DNA of 32,000 nucleotides from Cylindrospermopsis raciborskii Cr2010 (GTDB lineage: Bacteria > Cyanobacteriota > Cyanobacteriia > Cyanobacteriales > Nostocaceae), in contig NZ_CP065936.1 of NCBI RefSeq assembly GCF_003367075.2, forward strand, positions 3,210,001 to 3,242,000, read 5' to 3'. The notes under the pieces were generated by a model. It had not been told where the DNA came from and made no database searches. It saw only the letters and a list, made by a program, of their open reading frames with translations. Both the position numbers and the translations under genes were made by a program. Shown here piece after piece: positions 12,289 to 21,087 of the stretch (positions are counted from its first letter, which is position 1; each line of letters opens with the position of its first letter).

Positions 12289-12313
12289 ACCGCCTTACTC
12301 GCTGTAGGGCGGT
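12289..12313 (+). terminator. GC-rich hairpin after apcC, a possible operon terminator
   Basis: ACCGCC (12289-12294) pairs with GGCGGT (12308-12313) around a 13-nt loop, 40 nt after the apcC stop. The following sequence is A/T-rich but not a clean U-run. Confidence 0.35.
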
Positions 12314-12334
12314 GTAAACATATATAGTTTCAAC

Positions 12335-13492
12335 GTGAACCTACGTCAACTCATTCCATTTTTTGATCATTCTGCTGGTAATTGGGCCCCGGAAGCACGT
12401 TTGTTGCGCTGGTTGACATTGCTATGGTTAATCCTGGGGTTAATTATGCTTTTTTCTGCATCTTATCCCGTAGCTGCTGAACGCCAGGATGATGGGTTGT
12501 ATTACTTTAAACGTCAAATTATTTGGGTCTTTGTTGGTCTCATTTTATTTAACTGGATTGTAAATACCCCCTTATCTAAAATTTTAGCAGCATCCCATTG
12601 GTTTTTATTCCTATTTTTATTACTAATTTTCCTCATCCTTGTTCCCGGGGTAGGAAAAAAGGCTTTTGATGCAGCGCGGTGGATAGCCATTGGTCCTATT
12701 CCCATTCAACCATCAGAATTAATCAAGCCATTTTTAGTCCTACAAAGTGCTAGACTTTTTGCCCAGTGGGAAAAACTCTCCCCACAAGTTCGTCTGTTTT
12801 GGTTAGGTGTGTTTTGTTTAGTCCTGTTAGGGATTCTTGCCCAACCTAATCTTAGTACCACTGCGCTTTGTGGCATGACAATTTGGTTTATTGCTCTAGC
12901 CAGTGGCATACCCTACAGATACTTGGTAGGAACAGCATTAGGAGGGTTTTCCCTGGCATTATTAAGTATGAGTATTAAGGAGTACCAACGGCGTCGAGTC
13001 ATGTCTTTTCTAAATCCTTGGGCTGATCCTACAGGGGATGGATATCAGTTGGTACAAAGTTTACTAGCAGTGGGTACAGGTCAAACCTGGGGAGTGGGAT
13101 TTGGTATGTCCCAGCAGAAATTGTTTTATTTACCCATTCAAGATACGGATTTTATTTTTGCAGTTTTCGCTGAAGAGTTTGGTTTTGTGGGTGGTATAGT
13201 GCTTTTATTAGTGTTGGGTATGTTTGCAACCCTGGGATTAATAATTGCCTTGAAGGCTAAAAATCCCATTCACAAATTAGTAGCAACAGGTGTGACTGTA
13301 CTTATAATTGGACAATCACTATTACATATTGCTGTTACAACAGGTGCCATACCAACCACGGGTTTACCTTTACCCATGTTTAGTTATGGGGGTAATTCCA
13401 TGGTTGCCAGTTTAATGGCTTGCTCTTTATTAATTCGCGTTGCTAGAGAAAGTAGTGAAGCTGAGATTTTGTCGTTGAAAAAATCAGACTAA
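12335..13492 (+). CDS. ftsW: SEDS-family peptidoglycan polymerase, FtsW-like (FtsW/RodA/SpoVE family)
   Basis: 385 aa and polytopic. It carries the hallmark QPSELIKP and GLPLPMFSYGGNSM motifs. The start is GTG at 12335, and an in-frame TAG at 12305 excludes a longer form. FtsW versus RodA is not fully resolvable by eye. Confidence 0.8.
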   Translation: MNLRQLIPFFDHSAGNWAPEARLLRWLTLLWLILGLIMLFSASYPVAAERQDDGLYYFKRQIIWVFVGLILFNWIVNTPLSKILAASHWFLFLFLLLIFLILVPGVGKKAFDAARWIAIGPIPIQPSELIKPFLVLQSARLFAQWEKLSPQVRLFWLGVFCLVLLGILAQPNLSTTALCGMTIWFIALASGIPYRYLVGTALGGFSLALLSMSIKEYQRRRVMSFLNPWADPTGDGYQLVQSLLAVGTGQTWGVGFGMSQQKLFYLPIQDTDFIFAVFAEEFGFVGGIVLLLVLGMFATLGLIIALKAKNPIHKLVATGVTVLIIGQSLLHIAVTTGAIPTTGLPLPMFSYGGNSMVASLMACSLLIRVARESSEAEILSLKKSD

Positions 13493-13644
13493 CTCAATCA
13501 GCGAAATAACCATTGCTGGGGAGCTAAACCATAATGGTTAAATTTTGGTTAATAATGAAAAAAACGCCACCGGGTGTAGTATCTATGTAACAGCACGTAC
13601 ATAAATAGTGTGCTGATAACCCGGATAAAATTTAACCTCAAAAA

Positions 13645-14994
13645 ATGCCAACCCTATCCCGACTTCCTCATCTAGCATCTACCCAAATCATCAACCTAGA
13701 TTGTTGTAGTAGGAAAAACCTGCTTGATTACTTTAACAACTCTTGGGAGTTAGAAACAACCCTATTAAGAAGCATCACTCACCCGGATGCTTTTTACCTG
13801 AATCCGGATCCTTTGAGAAACCGATCAATTTTTTATTTGGGACACTCAGCAGTTTTTTACATTAACAAGTTAGTTCGAGTTGGATTATTGCCAAATCCCA
13901 TCAATCCCCAATTTGAGATTTTGTTCGAGGTTGGTGTTGACCCAGAAACACCTGATGAACTAGAATTGGCAACCCAACATATTATCTGGCCCGATGTAGA
14001 CCAGGTTTGGGAATATAGAGAAAATGCCAGACAAGCAATTACTGAGATAATTGAAAATACACCTTTAAATTTGCCTATTCACGCCCAACATCCCCTATGG
14101 GCATTATTAATGGGAATTGAACACAGTCGCATACATTTTGAGACCTCTTCTATGCTGCTACGTCAGTTACCAGTTGAGTATTTAAGGTTGCCATCAGGAT
14201 GGAATTATGCACCCAGTCATGGTAAAATACCCCCTAATCAAATGCAAGAAATTCCTGGTGGTTTAGTTAAATTAGGTAAGAAAGAAGATGATTTAACTTT
14301 TGGTTGGGATAGCGAATATGGCAGTTTAGAAATTGTAGTTCGACCGTTTTTAGCCAGTAGTAATCTGATTACCAATGGAGAATTTTTACAATTTATACAA
14401 GCTGGTGGCTATGAAAATTCAGAATATTGGCATGGTGAATCCTGGCAATGGAAACAACAAAATAATGTGCAACATCCTAAATTTTGGCTATTGGAAAATT
14501 CCCACAATTACAAGTATCGGGCAACTTTTGATATTTTAGAATTGCCTGTAGATTGGCCAGTGGAAGTCAATTATTATGAAGCAATGGCTTACTGTCAATG
14601 GCAAGGTACTCGTTTAATGACAGAACCAGAATGGAATCGGGCTTGGGAATTTTCCACCAATAACCAGGGAGATAGGACTGAGGAAAATAATTATAATCTC
14701 AACCTGAAATATATTTCTCCCAGTCCCGTGGGCATGTTTTCAAAAAGATCCGGGTTAGCTGACCTACGAGGAAACGTGTGGGAGTGGTTATCTAGTACAT
14801 TTTCTCCCCTACCTGGATTTACCACCCATTATCTATATGAAGACCAGTCAGCACCATTTTTTGATGGTAAGCATCAAATGATGGTTGGTGGTTCTTGGGC
14901 TACAAATGGCACTATGGCCCTACCCTGTTATCGCAACTGGTTTCGCCCCTATTTCTATCAGCATGTGGGTTTTAGAACTGCCATGAGTTTGTAA
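13645..14994 (+). CDS. egtB: Sulfoxide synthase EgtB (DinB-like + FGE-sulfatase-like domains), ergothioneine biosynthesis
   Basis: 449 aa. It has the iron-binding H-x3-H-x-E motif (GIEHSRIHFETS) in a DinB_2-like N-terminal domain and an FGE/C-lectin-like C-terminal domain (YYEAMAYCQW..., RGNVWEW, GGSW). It lies immediately upstream of egtD. Confidence 0.8.
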   Translation: MPTLSRLPHLASTQIINLDCCSRKNLLDYFNNSWELETTLLRSITHPDAFYLNPDPLRNRSIFYLGHSAVFYINKLVRVGLLPNPINPQFEILFEVGVDPETPDELELATQHIIWPDVDQVWEYRENARQAITEIIENTPLNLPIHAQHPLWALLMGIEHSRIHFETSSMLLRQLPVEYLRLPSGWNYAPSHGKIPPNQMQEIPGGLVKLGKKEDDLTFGWDSEYGSLEIVVRPFLASSNLITNGEFLQFIQAGGYENSEYWHGESWQWKQQNNVQHPKFWLLENSHNYKYRATFDILELPVDWPVEVNYYEAMAYCQWQGTRLMTEPEWNRAWEFSTNNQGDRTEENNYNLNLKYISPSPVGMFSKRSGLADLRGNVWEWLSSTFSPLPGFTTHYLYEDQSAPFFDGKHQMMVGGSWATNGTMALPCYRNWFRPYFYQHVGFRTAMSL

Positions 14995-15018
14995 GGGAAA
15001 TTTCCAGTTACTAATGAC

Positions 15019-15045
15019 TCAAAATCCTGAGATTTTGATAAAATC
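15019..15045 (+). promoter_or_regulatory. Mutually exclusive hairpins in the egtB-egtD spacer
   Basis: GATTTT(GA) at 15031-15038 can pair either with TCAAAATC at 15019-15026 (8 bp) or with AAAATC at 15040-15045 (6 bp). Confidence 0.3.
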
Positions 15046-15074
15046 AGAGAAATAAAAATAAGAGGATAAAACAA

Positions 15075-16055
15075 ATGCTTTTAGCACCCGTAACAGTTTT
15101 AGAACAACAATATCAACACTTGCATGATGATGGTCAGGATGTAATTCAGGGATTACTTGGAAATCCCAAAACCTTGTCCCCTAAGTATTTTTATGATGAT
15201 CGGGGTTCCCTATTATTTGAGGAAATTTGTGATTTGCCAGAATATTATCCTACTCGTACAGAAGCTTCAATTTTGCAACAATATGCTGGGGAAATTGCCG
15301 AACTAACTAATTGTTGTGAGTTGATAGAATTGGGTAGTGGTAGTTCTACTAAAACTCAACTTTTACTGGATGCTTATCAGAAAATATCCCATACTTGTAG
15401 ATACCTACCAGTTGATGTGAGTGGAGGTATTCTCAAAACTAGCGTTCTGCAATTGAAGGATAAATATCCTCAAATTGATATTCATGGGTTGCTGGGAACC
15501 TATGAACAGGCATTATTTCATTTAGAGTCCAATTATTTACAATCTCGTTTGTTGTTTTTCCTGGGTAGTTCCCTAGGCAATTTTAGTCAACAGGAATGTG
15601 ATAGATTCCTCACCCAAGTTTCCACAACTTTAAAAACCGGTGATTTCCTTTTGCTGGGGGTTGATTTACACAAAGACAAAGGGATTTTAGAACCAGCTTA
15701 TAATGATGCTCAAGGTGTAACTGCTGCGTTTAACTTGAACATGCTTACCCATTTAAATTGGCGATTTAATGGAAACTTTGACACAAACTTGTTTAAGCAC
15801 CAAGCAACATATAATTTGAAAGAAAGGCAAATTGAAATGCGACTCCATTGTCAAGAAAGTCATTGGCTGAATTTAGCATCTTTGGATTTACAGGTTTTCT
15901 TTGAAGCAGGTGAGTCTATACTAACAGAAATTTCCCGCAAATTTGATTTACTCCAAATGTCCCAGCAACTGGAAAGCAAAGGATTAAAAACAGTGAGAAC
16001 TTGGAAGGATGACAATGGGTGGTTTGGATTAATTCTTTGTCAAAAATCTTTGTAA
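15075..16055 (+). CDS. egtD: L-histidine N-alpha-methyltransferase EgtD (hercynine synthase)
   Basis: 326 aa. YFYDDRGSLLFEEICDLPEYYPTRTE and the SAM-binding ELGSGSSTKT are EgtD hallmarks. AAGAGGA lies upstream of the ATG. Confidence 0.88.
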   Translation: MLLAPVTVLEQQYQHLHDDGQDVIQGLLGNPKTLSPKYFYDDRGSLLFEEICDLPEYYPTRTEASILQQYAGEIAELTNCCELIELGSGSSTKTQLLLDAYQKISHTCRYLPVDVSGGILKTSVLQLKDKYPQIDIHGLLGTYEQALFHLESNYLQSRLLFFLGSSLGNFSQQECDRFLTQVSTTLKTGDFLLLGVDLHKDKGILEPAYNDAQGVTAAFNLNMLTHLNWRFNGNFDTNLFKHQATYNLKERQIEMRLHCQESHWLNLASLDLQVFFEAGESILTEISRKFDLLQMSQQLESKGLKTVRTWKDDNGWFGLILCQKSL

Positions 16056-16064
16056 TTCGTCCGT

Positions 16065-16088
16065 GTGCGTTATTTAACGCACCTTTTT
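16065..16088 (+). terminator. Rho-independent terminator after egtD
   Basis: GTGCGTT-ATTT-AACGCAC (7-bp perfect stem, 4-nt loop) is followed by CTTTTTC, 10 nt after the egtD stop. Confidence 0.7.
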
Positions 16089-16134
16089 CATTCAATATCA
16101 ATCAATTGATTAGTTTATATCTAGCACCTGGGGT

Positions 16135-16142
16135 GCGATCGC
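16135..16142. repeat. HIP1 palindrome GCGATCGC
   Basis: Exact octamer, intergenic between egtD and the first MscS gene. Confidence 0.9.
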
Positions 16143-16323
16143 CGAGGTACTTTCAGTATTAATGACAGATTGTAAAGTTCCAAATTTTTCCACTTTAGTA
16201 TGGTAGGATAAACGCTCGGTTAGGAAATTTACTTACTTGAGGTGAAAAGCTATGGAAGCAGTAATGAAAATACTCTAGGGAATTAACCAGTCGAATGCTA
16301 TTTTTGTCAAGATAGCTGCAATT

Positions 16324-17364
16324 TTGATAATACTAACACTAATACAAGTGTTGAGAAGGTTTTTTGTGGGAGTACTGATCAAAACCATAGAAAATCTGAC
16401 AAAGAAAACAAAAACCACACTGGATGATGAGTTCATTAGTATTATTAAGCCAGCTTTAAACTGGTTAATTTTGATAGGGGGATTTTGGATAGTTAAGGAA
16501 ATTCTTGCTCAGGAGTTGGGTGTCAAACTGACAGAGACTATTGGCAAGAGTTTAAATCTAATAGTGATCTTCATTATTGGTTATATTGTTTATCGTTCTT
16601 CTTCAATTTTGGGGCAAATAATTGCCAACTTTGTGCTGCAAACTGAAACTGAGTTAGATGAGTTGCTCAGACCACTAATGCCCAAGATTTTTCAATCAGC
16701 TGCAGTGGTTGTCTTGGCAATCAAGATCAGTGAAATATTTTTAGGTCAATCTGCAGGTGCACTTGTTGGTCTGTTAGGTGGTGCTGGTATTACCTTTGGT
16801 TTATTACTTAAAGATATCGTTTATGACTGGTTTTGTACGGTGATTATCTATTCTGATTCTCTGTTTAAAGAAGGTGACTGGGTAGGAGTATCAGGACTGG
16901 ATGGTTTTGTACAGGTTCTACATATTGGTTTTAGAACTACAACACTGCATGTAGTTAAATGGGGTTCAATTATCAAGATGCCCAATTCTCGGTTGATTGG
17001 TGGAGTGGTGGAAAATTGGTCCCAAAATCCAGGGGAAGAATTAAGGTGGGGTCTGAATTTGGTTCTCAAAATAGATGGCATTTCCGCACGACAAACTGCC
17101 AGAATCTGTGATAGCATTCAACAAATGCCAAAGTCTATTGCTGGATTATCTCCTATTTCTACAGTCAGGTTCAAAAACATTGAAAAAAACGCCCGTGTAA
17201 TTGAGATAATGGCATTTGTTAATGATGATAACCTCTATTTTCAGGCCGAGAGGGAATTAAATTTAGCAATCTTGGAAATGTTAGAGCAAGAGGGTATTGA
17301 TTTCCTCTATGTGGATCTAAGAACTGAGCCGGAAAAATATAAGCTCTCTATTGACAATAATTGA
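16324..17364 (+). CDS. Mechanosensitive ion channel family protein (MscS-like), start codon uncertain
   Basis: It has three TM helices followed by the MscS beta-domain (GDWVGVSGLDGFVQVLHIGFRTTTL...PNS). The track start is TTG, and no ATG exists in the N-terminal 110 codons. See the finding on the in-frame TAG at 16276. Confidence 0.7.
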   Translation: MIILTLIQVLRRFFVGVLIKTIENLTKKTKTTLDDEFISIIKPALNWLILIGGFWIVKEILAQELGVKLTETIGKSLNLIVIFIIGYIVYRSSSILGQIIANFVLQTETELDELLRPLMPKIFQSAAVVVLAIKISEIFLGQSAGALVGLLGGAGITFGLLLKDIVYDWFCTVIIYSDSLFKEGDWVGVSGLDGFVQVLHIGFRTTTLHVVKWGSIIKMPNSRLIGGVVENWSQNPGEELRWGLNLVLKIDGISARQTARICDSIQQMPKSIAGLSPISTVRFKNIEKNARVIEIMAFVNDDNLYFQAERELNLAILEMLEQEGIDFLYVDLRTEPEKYKLSIDNN

Positions 17365-17527
17365 AGATTAGTACGTCTTTAATGTTGGTAGTCAGTTATT
17401 TATGGTTTGGTAATAGTTTCTTTATAGTTTTCACTCCCATAAAATTATAATCGTGCTAATATAGCACTAATGCTGGGTTGTGCATCTATCTTGCAACTAT
17501 TTTTTTACCGAAAATCCAAGGTACTGC

Positions 17528-19129
17528 ATGAACCAACTAATTATTGTTAACACCTCAATTATCCTGGTTGAGATACTGGCGATCGCAATTTTTTTCTTGA
17601 TATCAAGGTGGTTACTAACCAAATTTTGCCACTTCCTGGTTCAAATACCCTTATTTGAGGGGAAAACCACCAAAATTAGACTAATTCGTCGCAATGTTAC
17701 TGCTTTACTGTTGCTTACTTGCTTAGTAGTAAGTCTTGGAATTATTGGTGTCAACAGTTTCTTAATCTATCAGGGCGAAAACCTAAAAGAATATACCATA
17801 AACTTGATCCACCTTATTCCATCAGGATTTTGGTTAGGTTTGGGAGTTGGCATTACCCAGAGTCTAGGGTTAATAATTGCAGCAGCTTTTGTGATCAAAT
17901 TACTTAATTATTGGTTGAAGATAGGCGTTAAAAAAGTTAAAAGTTTAGATCAAAATACAGCTGACGATGAAAGCGTAGATGCTTTTTTTACCACTCTTAA
18001 CCGCAGAATAACCCTGGGAGTTTGGTTATGGATAGTGGTTGTTTGTACCCAATTCCTGAAACTACCATCAATAGTTACAGAATACCTTTATATAGGACTA
18101 AGAATTTATCTAAGCATTGCTATTGGGTTACTTATACTCAAAGCAGTAGCAGCAGTTGTTGATATTTTGGATGTTCTTAGCGTTAGATACTCTAGTCCAG
18201 ATAATTTATTGAGGTTTTATGAACGACTACGACACTTAGTTCCTTTTTTGAAACGGTGTTTGGAATTTGTAGTTTACGTATCTACCGCCACATTAGTTGT
18301 TCAGCAAGTACAATTAATAGCTAATTTGGCAAATTTTGGCGTAAAAATTATCAAAATTATTGCCATCATCTTTATCAGTCGAGTTGTTTTCGAGATAATT
18401 TACCTACTGCTAGAAGAGTTTCTGTTTACCCAACAGGACTTAACTGACACACAAAGAAGTAGACGATTAACTATGATTCCCTTGTTTCGTAGTTTGTTGC
18501 AGTATTTAATTTACTTTGGGGTTGCAGTTTCCATTCTTTATACTTTAGAGATTAATCCCACCCCCATTCTTGCAGGGGCGGGAATTATCGGTATTGCTGT
18601 AGGATTGGGAGCACAAACCCTAATTAATGATATAGTTTGTGGTTTTTTCATTCTGTTTGAAAACTATTATTTGGTCGGTGATTATATTCAAGCGGGAAAA
18701 GCAGAAGACAAAACTGTTGAAGGTATTGTTGAAGCTATTGAACTGAGAACTACTCGTATTAGAAACACTAATGGGCAATTGCACATAATTCGTAATGGGG
18801 ATATTGGATCTATTACCAACTATTCTAAACAATATATATTTGCTACGGTAGATGTTAGTGTACCTGCCAACTGCAATTTGTCGAGCGTATGTCAGGTGAT
18901 TGAAGAAATAGGAAAAAAGCTAAAAATTGATCAGTTAGATGTGCTGGAGTCAACGTTTGTAGAAGGTGTAGAAAGTTTAAGTGAGTCCCACTTATTGTTA
19001 CGAACCTTGACAAAAGTTAAACCGGGAAAACATCTTCACATTCAGCGTGTTTTGCGTCAACTTTACATAGACAATTTTCAGGATCTAGGGATTTTACTTC
19101 CTCCTAATATTACAAAAGTTGAGGATTAA
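17528..19129 (+). CDS. Mechanosensitive ion channel family protein (larger MscS paralog with an extended multi-TM N-terminus)
   Basis: It has a multi-TM N-terminal region and then the MscS core (GAQTLINDIVCGFFILFENYYLVGDYI...VEGIVEAIELRTTRIRNTNGQLHIIRNG). ATG 17528 is preferred over the GTG at 17480 used by the track. Confidence 0.75.
   Translation: MNQLIIVNTSIILVEILAIAIFFLISRWLLTKFCHFLVQIPLFEGKTTKIRLIRRNVTALLLLTCLVVSLGIIGVNSFLIYQGENLKEYTINLIHLIPSGFWLGLGVGITQSLGLIIAAAFVIKLLNYWLKIGVKKVKSLDQNTADDESVDAFFTTLNRRITLGVWLWIVVVCTQFLKLPSIVTEYLYIGLRIYLSIAIGLLILKAVAAVVDILDVLSVRYSSPDNLLRFYERLRHLVPFLKRCLEFVVYVSTATLVVQQVQLIANLANFGVKIIKIIAIIFISRVVFEIIYLLLEEFLFTQQDLTDTQRSRRLTMIPLFRSLLQYLIYFGVAVSILYTLEINPTPILAGAGIIGIAVGLGAQTLINDIVCGFFILFENYYLVGDYIQAGKAEDKTVEGIVEAIELRTTRIRNTNGQLHIIRNGDIGSITNYSKQYIFATVDVSVPANCNLSSVCQVIEEIGKKLKIDQLDVLESTFVEGVESLSESHLLLRTLTKVKPGKHLHIQRVLRQLYIDNFQDLGILLPPNITKVED
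17579..17586. repeat. HIP1 palindrome GCGATCGC
   Basis: Exact octamer within the second MscS gene (LAIAI). Confidence 0.95.
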
Positions 19130-19167
19130 GTAGGTGGGTGGAATTAAATAAAATATAAGATGAACGT

Positions 19168-19196
19168 AGGATGGGTTTTGTTCCTCAACCCATCCT
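19168..19196. terminator. Hairpin between convergent genes (MscS paralog on + and radical SAM on -), a likely bidirectional terminator
   Basis: AGGATGGGTT-(9 nt)-AACCCATCCT is a perfect 10-bp stem. The flanking runs are A/T-rich but there is no clean U-tract on the + side. Confidence 0.55.
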
Positions 19197-19231
19197 GCAA
19201 ATAATTGTGCCTCCGTACTTAAGAGATTTAA

Positions 19232-20740
19232 TTAACGGGGTGAGGTCCTACCCAATGGCATGGAGTCAGTTGTCCATTGATCGCCCAGACTACGAAATAG
19301 AGATAATTGCCAGTCAGAAACCTCTTCATAGCTGAGATGATGAGTATCAGCACAACTTGTCCAAAAATTGCCACGAATTGTGGGATCTTCAAAACGCAGT
19401 AGGTTAAGTTTTTTTATATTTTGTTCTTGTGGGGTTCCTGGAATTGGAATAATTGAGTAGGGGGTAATAAAAAAGTTGAGGGATGGATTAATAGTTCTAA
19501 GATCTTGTTTTAGCTCACTAATTGCTTCTTCTAGATAGAGAAAACTATCTCGATTATCGTCAGGTAAACCAATGATGAAACCATAGGAAATAGTTGGAAC
19601 CCCCGCATGTACAATGGCTCGGAGCATTTTGCAGTGCTGTTGCCAAGGGAGTAGTTTTTTGTACGATTGACGACCTATGAAGGGGCGTTCAGCAGGGACA
19701 TAGGCCATGAAGCAACCAGTTTTACCATCCCAACCCCACATGGCTTGCACAAGTTCTTCATCCGGATCTAAATCCTCTGGATTTCGCTCTTTACCCCGTC
19801 CCCTAGTTGCTTTTTTTAGTTCGATACCATTGTCCCAGGAAACGGGGAGGTTCATTTTTCTCAGTCCTTCGGTGATATCCAACACCTCTTGTCGTCCTTC
19901 ATCTCCAAATAGTACTCGACCGAGAAACTGATCTGAATCAGAAACAATACTTTTTGCCCCTGCTTCTTTTTGTCGAGTTGCCCATGATAAAGCCTTTTCA
20001 GGAGTCATTCTTAAATACCCTGATCCATAGGTCGGAGTCTGGCAAAAGTCGCAGGTGCGATCGCATCCCAAATCAAACATAGCAGAACCTACTGGTAATA
20101 GGGAGGATTCAGCCAGGTTATCCATAAAATCTTGGCCGCCTCCTAAACAAGCATTAGCAACTGCAACTGAAGGCAAAAACCAATCTTGGGGGTGTAGAGG
20201 GTGGCGACGTTTACGATACTCAGTTCCATCAGCAAAAAGCACCCCTGATAATTCTTCTCGTTGGGGTTGTCCTAAAATATGATCGAAAATTGCCCAGTTT
20301 GCCGCCCCTGACTTATCTGTAACAACCACTGTAGCTCCCGCATGGAAGTAATAATTGGGTTGGGCAATCACATCGGAACCACCGACCACTATGGGTTTGC
20401 CCCCTTTAGCTAGATGGGCCAAAAGAAAACCTGTCAATTCCCTGTATATTGTAAAGTTATTGGTAATACCCCAGGCGTCACAAGATTGAGGGTCAATAGA
20501 GGAAACCCTCTTTCCATAAGCAATTTTCAGAAGATTCATTCCCTTCCAATAGGTTTCTCCAAACAGTTCTTCTTCCGTGCCTTTTTTAAGGTTAAATAAC
20601 TCCACCTCAAACCCGCCAGCTTCCAGGTTCGACATCAAAATCTGCTTACTAATTAGTGGATGTTGATTTTGCTCGGTCCAGTCATTGCCATCGGGATCGA
20701 GAAGTTTGAGTTGAGGTAGTTCTACGAGTCCAATCTTCAT
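19232..20740 (-). CDS. Radical SAM enzyme with an N-terminal B12-binding-domain-like Rossmann region
   Basis: The CX3CX2C motif (LGCDRTCDFCQTP) has Cys codons at 20063-65, 20051-53 and 20042-44. The N-terminal part (KPIVVGGSDVIAQPNYYF) has the layout of class B (cobalamin-domain) radical SAM proteins. The track start at 20800 is TTG, so I prefer ATG 20740 (MKIGLVEL). Confidence 0.7.
   Translation of the reverse strand: MKIGLVELPQLKLLDPDGNDWTEQNQHPLISKQILMSNLEAGGFEVELFNLKKGTEEELFGETYWKGMNLLKIAYGKRVSSIDPQSCDAWGITNNFTIYRELTGFLLAHLAKGGKPIVVGGSDVIAQPNYYFHAGATVVVTDKSGAANWAIFDHILGQPQREELSGVLFADGTEYRKRRHPLHPQDWFLPSVAVANACLGGGQDFMDNLAESSLLPVGSAMFDLGCDRTCDFCQTPTYGSGYLRMTPEKALSWATRQKEAGAKSIVSDSDQFLGRVLFGDEGRQEVLDITEGLRKMNLPVSWDNGIELKKATRGRGKERNPEDLDPDEELVQAMWGWDGKTGCFMAYVPAERPFIGRQSYKKLLPWQQHCKMLRAIVHAGVPTISYGFIIGLPDDNRDSFLYLEEAISELKQDLRTINPSLNFFITPYSIIPIPGTPQEQNIKKLNLLRFEDPTIRGNFWTSCADTHHLSYEEVSDWQLSLFRSLGDQWTTDSMPLGRTSPR
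20057..20064. repeat. HIP1 palindrome GCGATCGC
   Basis: Exact octamer lying inside the radical SAM CX3CX2C motif codons (CDRT). Confidence 0.95.
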
Positions 20741-21087
20741 GAATCTTATACTCTTGAGGTTTTTAAAAAATACATTTTCTGAAAACTTGGATGAATTCAA
20801 TACTAAATGGAAATTTTACCTTCTTTTAAATCCGGCTAAACCCCACAATAAACTCTTCCAACAGATCCCCAATTCCACTTCTGATGTGGAAAAGGAATGG
20901 TAATATAATACCACTGTTGGTAATAATAAAGGTCTTTTTCATTAATTACACGGTCAATTTTTGTAACTTTTCCACGATGTTATGGTATTATGAACTAAGA
21001 GGTTAGAATTTAGAAAAGCTAACTTCGCACAAAAAAATCTTCAAGGCTTTAACCCCTGGAGCATGAACCAGAAAGAGTAACCTACAA

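Noticed and set aside
16100-16111. Perfect 12-bp palindrome AATCAATTGATT downstream of the egtD terminator
   Set aside because: It is a pure A/T-rich palindrome in AT-rich intergenic DNA with no second copy or positional link to a mapped promoter. It may be chance.
20741-20800. TTG-initiated 20-codon extension of the radical SAM ORF
   Set aside because: It is a non-ATG start, and the extension (NSSKFSENVFFKNLKSIRF) is not typical of the family. ATG 20740 begins directly with the Rossmann-like beta strand MKIGLVEL.
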